Assembly: GCA_051532055.1 (NCBI GenBank)
Contig: JAOPTX010000007.1
Span: forward strand, 192,001 to 256,000
Source: Fibrobacterales bacterium
GTDB lineage: Bacteria > Fibrobacterota > Fibrobacteria > Fibrobacterales > JAOPTW01
Length of the DNA: 64,000 nucleotides
Direction of reading: 5' to 3'
Part shown: positions 59,911 through 64,000 of the stretch, in pieces
Layout of the letters: each line of letters begins with the position of its first letter
Position numbering within the stretch: the stretch's first letter is position 1
The notes under the pieces: generated by a model
Database searches by the model: none
The model's input: only the letters and a program-made list of their open reading frames with translations
Told to the model about the DNA's origin: nothing
Translations under genes and position numbers: made by a program

Positions 59911-60777
59911 CTACTTAATTTTATCCATATAAAGTTTAACGTCATCTGCCTTGAGCAATTTGTCAATGTATTGACTGACAAGCACATTTTGTTTCTGCAT
60001 CATATAGTCTTGGTGGACTTTTTGCTTCACTTGATCGTAACTCACGGTATCGCCGTATTGGTCTTTATTTGCATTGTAAAAATTTACCACATCACTCTCC
60101 ACAACAGATACATCTTTTAGCTCCTCTTTAATAGTAGCTTGAGCAAGTATCTGAGTCTCCACCTGAGCCATCTGTTGTTTGATTTCGGGTGCATCTGCAA
60201 GACCTTTTCTACGTGCAGCTCGTGCAGCAAGTATTGTCCCTATATAGTTCTGAGCCATTTGCTGTTTCTTAATAGGCTCTTCTGGGAGTTTTCCAAAAAT
60301 ATTTTCTACCTCTTCAAGGGTAATTTTTTGACCTCCAATCTCAGCTACAACAGTGCCTGATACTGGTTCAACTGTTTTGTTCAGAGTAACCGCTTCAGAT
60401 ACATGCTGGCTCGCATCAAGGGAACGCCCTAACCGTTCAAGGCAGAGAACCATGTATTTATTAAGATTACCACTAAACTTTTCTTTTGGTGCAAGCGCCT
60501 TAATCATTGTATATGATGCCAATGCTCCTTTATAATCTGCGAGATTATCTTTTTGAATAGTCGCAATTTGATATAAAATGTTCGCACGCTTTTTGTTCTC
60601 TAAACTATGGTTATTCAAGAGAGACTCATATGTCTCAATTGATGCAGTATACAGCTCTTGTTGTCTCAGTGCAGATGCCATTTTTTCAAGTTCATCAACA
60701 CCGTATCCACCAGGAGTCTGACACCCTACAAGGCTCAAGACTGACATAATAATTAATAGGTTACGCACGTTTTCCAT
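59911..60777 (-). CDS. TPR lipoprotein with a SurA/PrsA N-terminal-like chaperone domain
   Basis: LVGC lipobox; TPR helices; VVAEIGGQKITLEE...ARRKGL...V..FYNANK; no parvulin domain evident. Confidence 0.68.
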   Translation of the reverse strand: MENVRNLLIIMSVLSLVGCQTPGGYGVDELEKMASALRQQELYTASIETYESLLNNHSLENKKRANILYQIATIQKDNLADYKGALASYTMIKALAPKEKFSGNLNKYMVLCLERLGRSLDASQHVSEAVTLNKTVEPVSGTVVAEIGGQKITLEEVENIFGKLPEEPIKKQQMAQNYIGTILAARAARRKGLADAPEIKQQMAQVETQILAQATIKEELKDVSVVESDVVNFYNANKDQYGDTVSYDQVKQKVHQDYMMQKQNVLVSQYIDKLLKADDVKLYMDKIK

Positions 60778-61657
60778 TCTCCTTTGAGCGCCTAATAAAA
60801 AAGTTCACTAGGGGCTTCAGGGTCTCTTTATAGCTATCTTCGATCTCGACCCGTACATAATCGACAGACATTTTCTTAAATACTTTCTCTAATTGATCTT
60901 GTTCTTTTGTTGCTCGTTTTGAAAAAGCAGCTCTAAAAGATGCGTCCCCAGAATCTACAAGTACCGTTTCACCTGTTTCGGCATCTTCTAATTCCAAAAA
61001 ACCCGCAGGAGGAAGTTCCATCTCACGAACATCACCCACATTCACAGCCAAGACATCATGACGCTGTTTAAGAAGTCTCAAACTTTTTTCAAATGACTCA
61101 TCTTGAAAGTCACTCACAATCATAACAACTGCACGTCGGCTCATCATTTTGACTAAGTGCTCAAAAGCCACAGACATTTTAGTACCACGATGTTTTGGTT
61201 CAAAATAGAGGAGCTCTCGTATCAAACGTAAAACATGCTTTCTTCCCTTTTGAGGCGGGATAAATAGCTCGACTTCTGTAGTAAATATGAGAAGCCCTAC
61301 TTTATCATTATTTTTAATGGCCGAAAATGCAAGTAATGCCGAAATTGTGGCCATTACCTCACCCTTCATCTCTTCCTTTGATCCAAAAGAGGCAGAGGCA
61401 GAAGCATCAACTACAAGCATTACCGTAAGTTCACGCTCTTCTGCAAACTTCTTTACATGTAAGTCCCCTGTACGTGCAGTCACGTTCCAGTCGATAGACC
61501 GAATATCATCACCTACTACATACTCACGTACTTCAGTAAACTCCATACCATTACCTTTAAAGGTAGAGTGGTATGCTCCAGCCATTACACTATTGATAAT
61601 CCCTTTCGTACTGATCTCAATGCGTTTTACTGTTTTTAAAATTTCTTTATTTATCAT
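60761..61657 (-). CDS. DUF58 family protein
   Basis: G.EF.EVREY..GDD.R.IDWNVTAR; DASAS; SDF. Confidence 0.93.
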   Translation of the reverse strand: MINKEILKTVKRIEISTKGIINSVMAGAYHSTFKGNGMEFTEVREYVVGDDIRSIDWNVTARTGDLHVKKFAEERELTVMLVVDASASASFGSKEEMKGEVMATISALLAFSAIKNNDKVGLLIFTTEVELFIPPQKGRKHVLRLIRELLYFEPKHRGTKMSVAFEHLVKMMSRRAVVMIVSDFQDESFEKSLRLLKQRHDVLAVNVGDVREMELPPAGFLELEDAETGETVLVDSGDASFRAAFSKRATKEQDQLEKVFKKMSVDYVRVEIEDSYKETLKPLVNFFIRRSKENGKRA

Positions 61658-61798
61658 TTTATTTTCTCAGAATGACACAATAATCGTTCAATGTTACGCA
61701 ACTCTGCACTGCTTGAAATAGAATATACAAGTTCTTGAACCCTATACCCAATGGGTGAAAGAGTCTATTCCCTCGTAATTCATAACTTCAGCTAATCC

Positions 61799-62791
61799 TT
61801 AAGGGACCTCTACTGAATCAAAAATCTTCTGAACAATCATTTCACTTGAAATTTCTTCCGCTTCAGCTTCATAACTTAAAATCATTCGGTGACGAAGAAC
61901 ATCCATACCGATTGATTTAATATCTTCAGGGGTCACATAGGCACGACCTTTCAAAAACGCATGCGCTTTCGAAGCTACTGCAAGATTAATTGAAGCACGT
62001 GGTGACGCCCCTACCTCAATCATCTCAGTGAGATCTTTAATACCAAAGGCCATAGGATCACGGGTTGCTGCAACAATCGAAACAATATAATCTTTAATAC
62101 GATCATCCATATACACTTCACGAACGACCTCTCTACATTTTAAGAGTTGCTCAGCAGATACAACAGGTTGCGCTTTCTTTAATCCAGCCCCTGATACGAC
62201 ATCGAGAATTTCTCTCTCCTCAGACTGTGTCGGATAATCAACATGAAGTTTGAACATAAAACGGTCAACTTGGGCTTCAGGGAGAGGATAGGTACCTTCC
62301 TGTTCAATAGGATTTTGCGTTGCAAGAACAACAAAGGGTTCATCAAGTTTATACGTTGTATCACCAATAGTTATTTGACGCTCTTGCATTGACTCTAGAA
62401 GTGCTGATTGCACTTTTGATGGTGCACGATTAATCTCATCAGCCAAAATAATATTACTAAACAATGGGCCTTTTTTAACTTCAAACTCACCTGTTTTTGC
62501 ATTATATATTTGCGTACCCAAGAGGTCAGCAGGGAGCAAATCTGGCGTAAACTGAATACGACTAAAATCAAGGGTTATTGCATCTGCAAATGCCTGAACC
62601 ATAGTTGTTTTAGCAAGCCCTGGTAAGCCTTCTAATAAAATGTGTCCATTGGAAAGCATGCCGATGAGAATTTTTTCAAGCATCGCTTTTTGCCCAATCA
62701 CCACAGTACTCACTTCATTGAGCAATGCTGTACCGAAGCCACTATTTTCATTTACTTTTTCTGTAATTTGATTGATGTCTACAGAGCTCAT
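61799..62791 (-). CDS. moxR: MoxR-family AAA+ ATPase
   Basis: GLPGLAKT, RIQFTPDLLP, DEINRA, ATQNP.EQEGTYPLPEAQ.DRF, GASPR. Confidence 0.96.
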   Translation of the reverse strand: MSSVDINQITEKVNENSGFGTALLNEVSTVVIGQKAMLEKILIGMLSNGHILLEGLPGLAKTTMVQAFADAITLDFSRIQFTPDLLPADLLGTQIYNAKTGEFEVKKGPLFSNIILADEINRAPSKVQSALLESMQERQITIGDTTYKLDEPFVVLATQNPIEQEGTYPLPEAQVDRFMFKLHVDYPTQSEEREILDVVSGAGLKKAQPVVSAEQLLKCREVVREVYMDDRIKDYIVSIVAATRDPMAFGIKDLTEMIEVGASPRASINLAVASKAHAFLKGRAYVTPEDIKSIGMDVLRHRMILSYEAEAEEISSEMIVQKIFDSVEVP

Positions 62792-63681
62792 TATTCTTCC
62801 TCTTTTATTTCTAAGCATACACTCAATATGTGTATGCTTTTCATTAATTCAAATTCTTCACGTTTACCACCACCAAACTTAAGGTGATTACATTCATTCA
62901 ATATATGCTTCCACTCAGACTCACTTTCAACAATTTCTTCGCTATAGCGTTGATAGAGTTCATGGATACTTAATTCTTCCTCAGATGAACCAAGCTGCTG
63001 TTTCAACCACTCAATTGCTAAATATTCAATCTGAGTGAGTACCTGTTTTGAATCAGCTTTTTTTATTCTCTTTTTTAATAGGGCAATCTCATCGAAAAAT
63101 TGAATCGCACTCTCATCAGTTTCAGCTACTCGAGCACTTCTTTTCTTCTTGAAAACTAACCCACAAATTATGATGAGTATTATAGCAAATCCAAACATAA
63201 GATATGTCACAGTTGTATCACGCATCGGTAAAATCTCGATAGTATGAGCAGGAACTTCCAATTCAAATTTTTTGCCCATATGCTCATAGCCAATGGTATA
63301 GAGGTTATTCCCTGCAATACCCGGCCCCTGAGTTATCAATTTAAAATGATATGTAGTAATATTGAGGTACCCTTGTACCGAGTATACCTTCTTCTGATCA
63401 ATATTTACCGATGCCAGTTCTAAATTATTAAACTGTGACCCTTCACTTGGCTGGAAAAGAAGGGGATGGCGTGCTTCAGAATAACTTAGAACAACAGTGA
63501 ATAAAGCAGTATCTCCAAGAGTTACTTCATCAATTAAAAAGGCCGACTTTAGAGTGACAACTGGAGACAATTTTTGTTCATCTGGCAATTTGGTAGCCAA
63601 AGAGTCACTCTCTAAAAGCTGAGCTGTAGCGGGAAGAACTAACGCGATAATGAAAATAAGAAAATAACGAAATAGTTTCAT
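62791..63681 (-). CDS. Exported single-TM protein (BatD-like), first gene of the Bat operon
   Basis: Signal peptide, beta-rich domain, TM plus basic stretch; stop overlaps the moxR start. Confidence 0.65.
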   Translation of the reverse strand: MKLFRYFLIFIIALVLPATAQLLESDSLATKLPDEQKLSPVVTLKSAFLIDEVTLGDTALFTVVLSYSEARHPLLFQPSEGSQFNNLELASVNIDQKKVYSVQGYLNITTYHFKLITQGPGIAGNNLYTIGYEHMGKKFELEVPAHTIEILPMRDTTVTYLMFGFAIILIIICGLVFKKKRSARVAETDESAIQFFDEIALLKKRIKKADSKQVLTQIEYLAIEWLKQQLGSSEEELSIHELYQRYSEEIVESESEWKHILNECNHLKFGGGKREEFELMKSIHILSVCLEIKEEE

Positions 63682-63747
63682 GGTTCTAACACTATGTTAT
63701 AAGGTTTATTGAGAAGAAAAATAATATTTTTTAGCAAAAAATAGAAG

Positions 63748-63772
63748 AAAAAGCCCAGTTTGACTGGGCTTT
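63748..63772 (-). terminator. Rho-independent terminator
   Basis: Minus strand AAAGCCCAGT-CAA-ACTGGGCTTTTT. Confidence 0.75.
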
Positions 63773-64000
63773 AGATAAGCGTAAGAAATAAAAAACATGA
63801 GTACTAATCTATTTGACACAAAATTGGCTGCCTGCCTTACTGATTAAATGGAGAAGTATCATAAAGTGATACCATAAATTCCAAACTTTAACTTTTTCTT
63901 TTATTTTTATTTCCCCAACGAGATTTTGTGAGCCCTTCCCCATTATTTGCTACTTTTGTCCTTATATATGCTAATACCCGAATCACTTGAGAATCTCATA

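Noticed and set aside
63780..64000. Possible gene end at the right window edge
   Set aside because: Only short open stretches on the minus strand with no recognisable motif; frame cannot be assigned.

Overview
AT-rich, gene-dense bacterial chromosomal window. A TIGR02147-type gene and a BatA-E locus suggest Fibrobacterota, and an orphan flgM suggests a flagellated organism (both are inferences). From left to right: a truncated TonB-dependent receptor under a cobalamin riboswitch; pyrF; a signalling island (2.7-12.6 kb) whose core is an operon of two small periplasmic-binding-like proteins, three paralogous porin-like beta-barrels and a HAMP histidine kinase; omp85-like, J-domain and galE genes; asnS; a plant/protist-type UDP-sugar pyrophosphorylase; hemA; a TPP-riboswitch thiamine operon (thiS-C-E2-D-E-G-H); tRNA-Arg(CCG); flgM; a hybrid kinase lacking its phospho-His; a Ca-binding lipoprotein/beta-barrel pair; rpe; a histone-tail/CBM48 fusion; a 5.4-kb three-gene islet bounded by a perfect 35-bp direct repeat; lysA; an HDOD protein; and a MoxR/DUF58/Bat operon. 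Two dispersed palindromic elements share a GCGTAC-loop-GTAC core. No CRISPR array, rRNA, integrase or transposase was seen. All calls come from reading motifs by eye; no searches were run.
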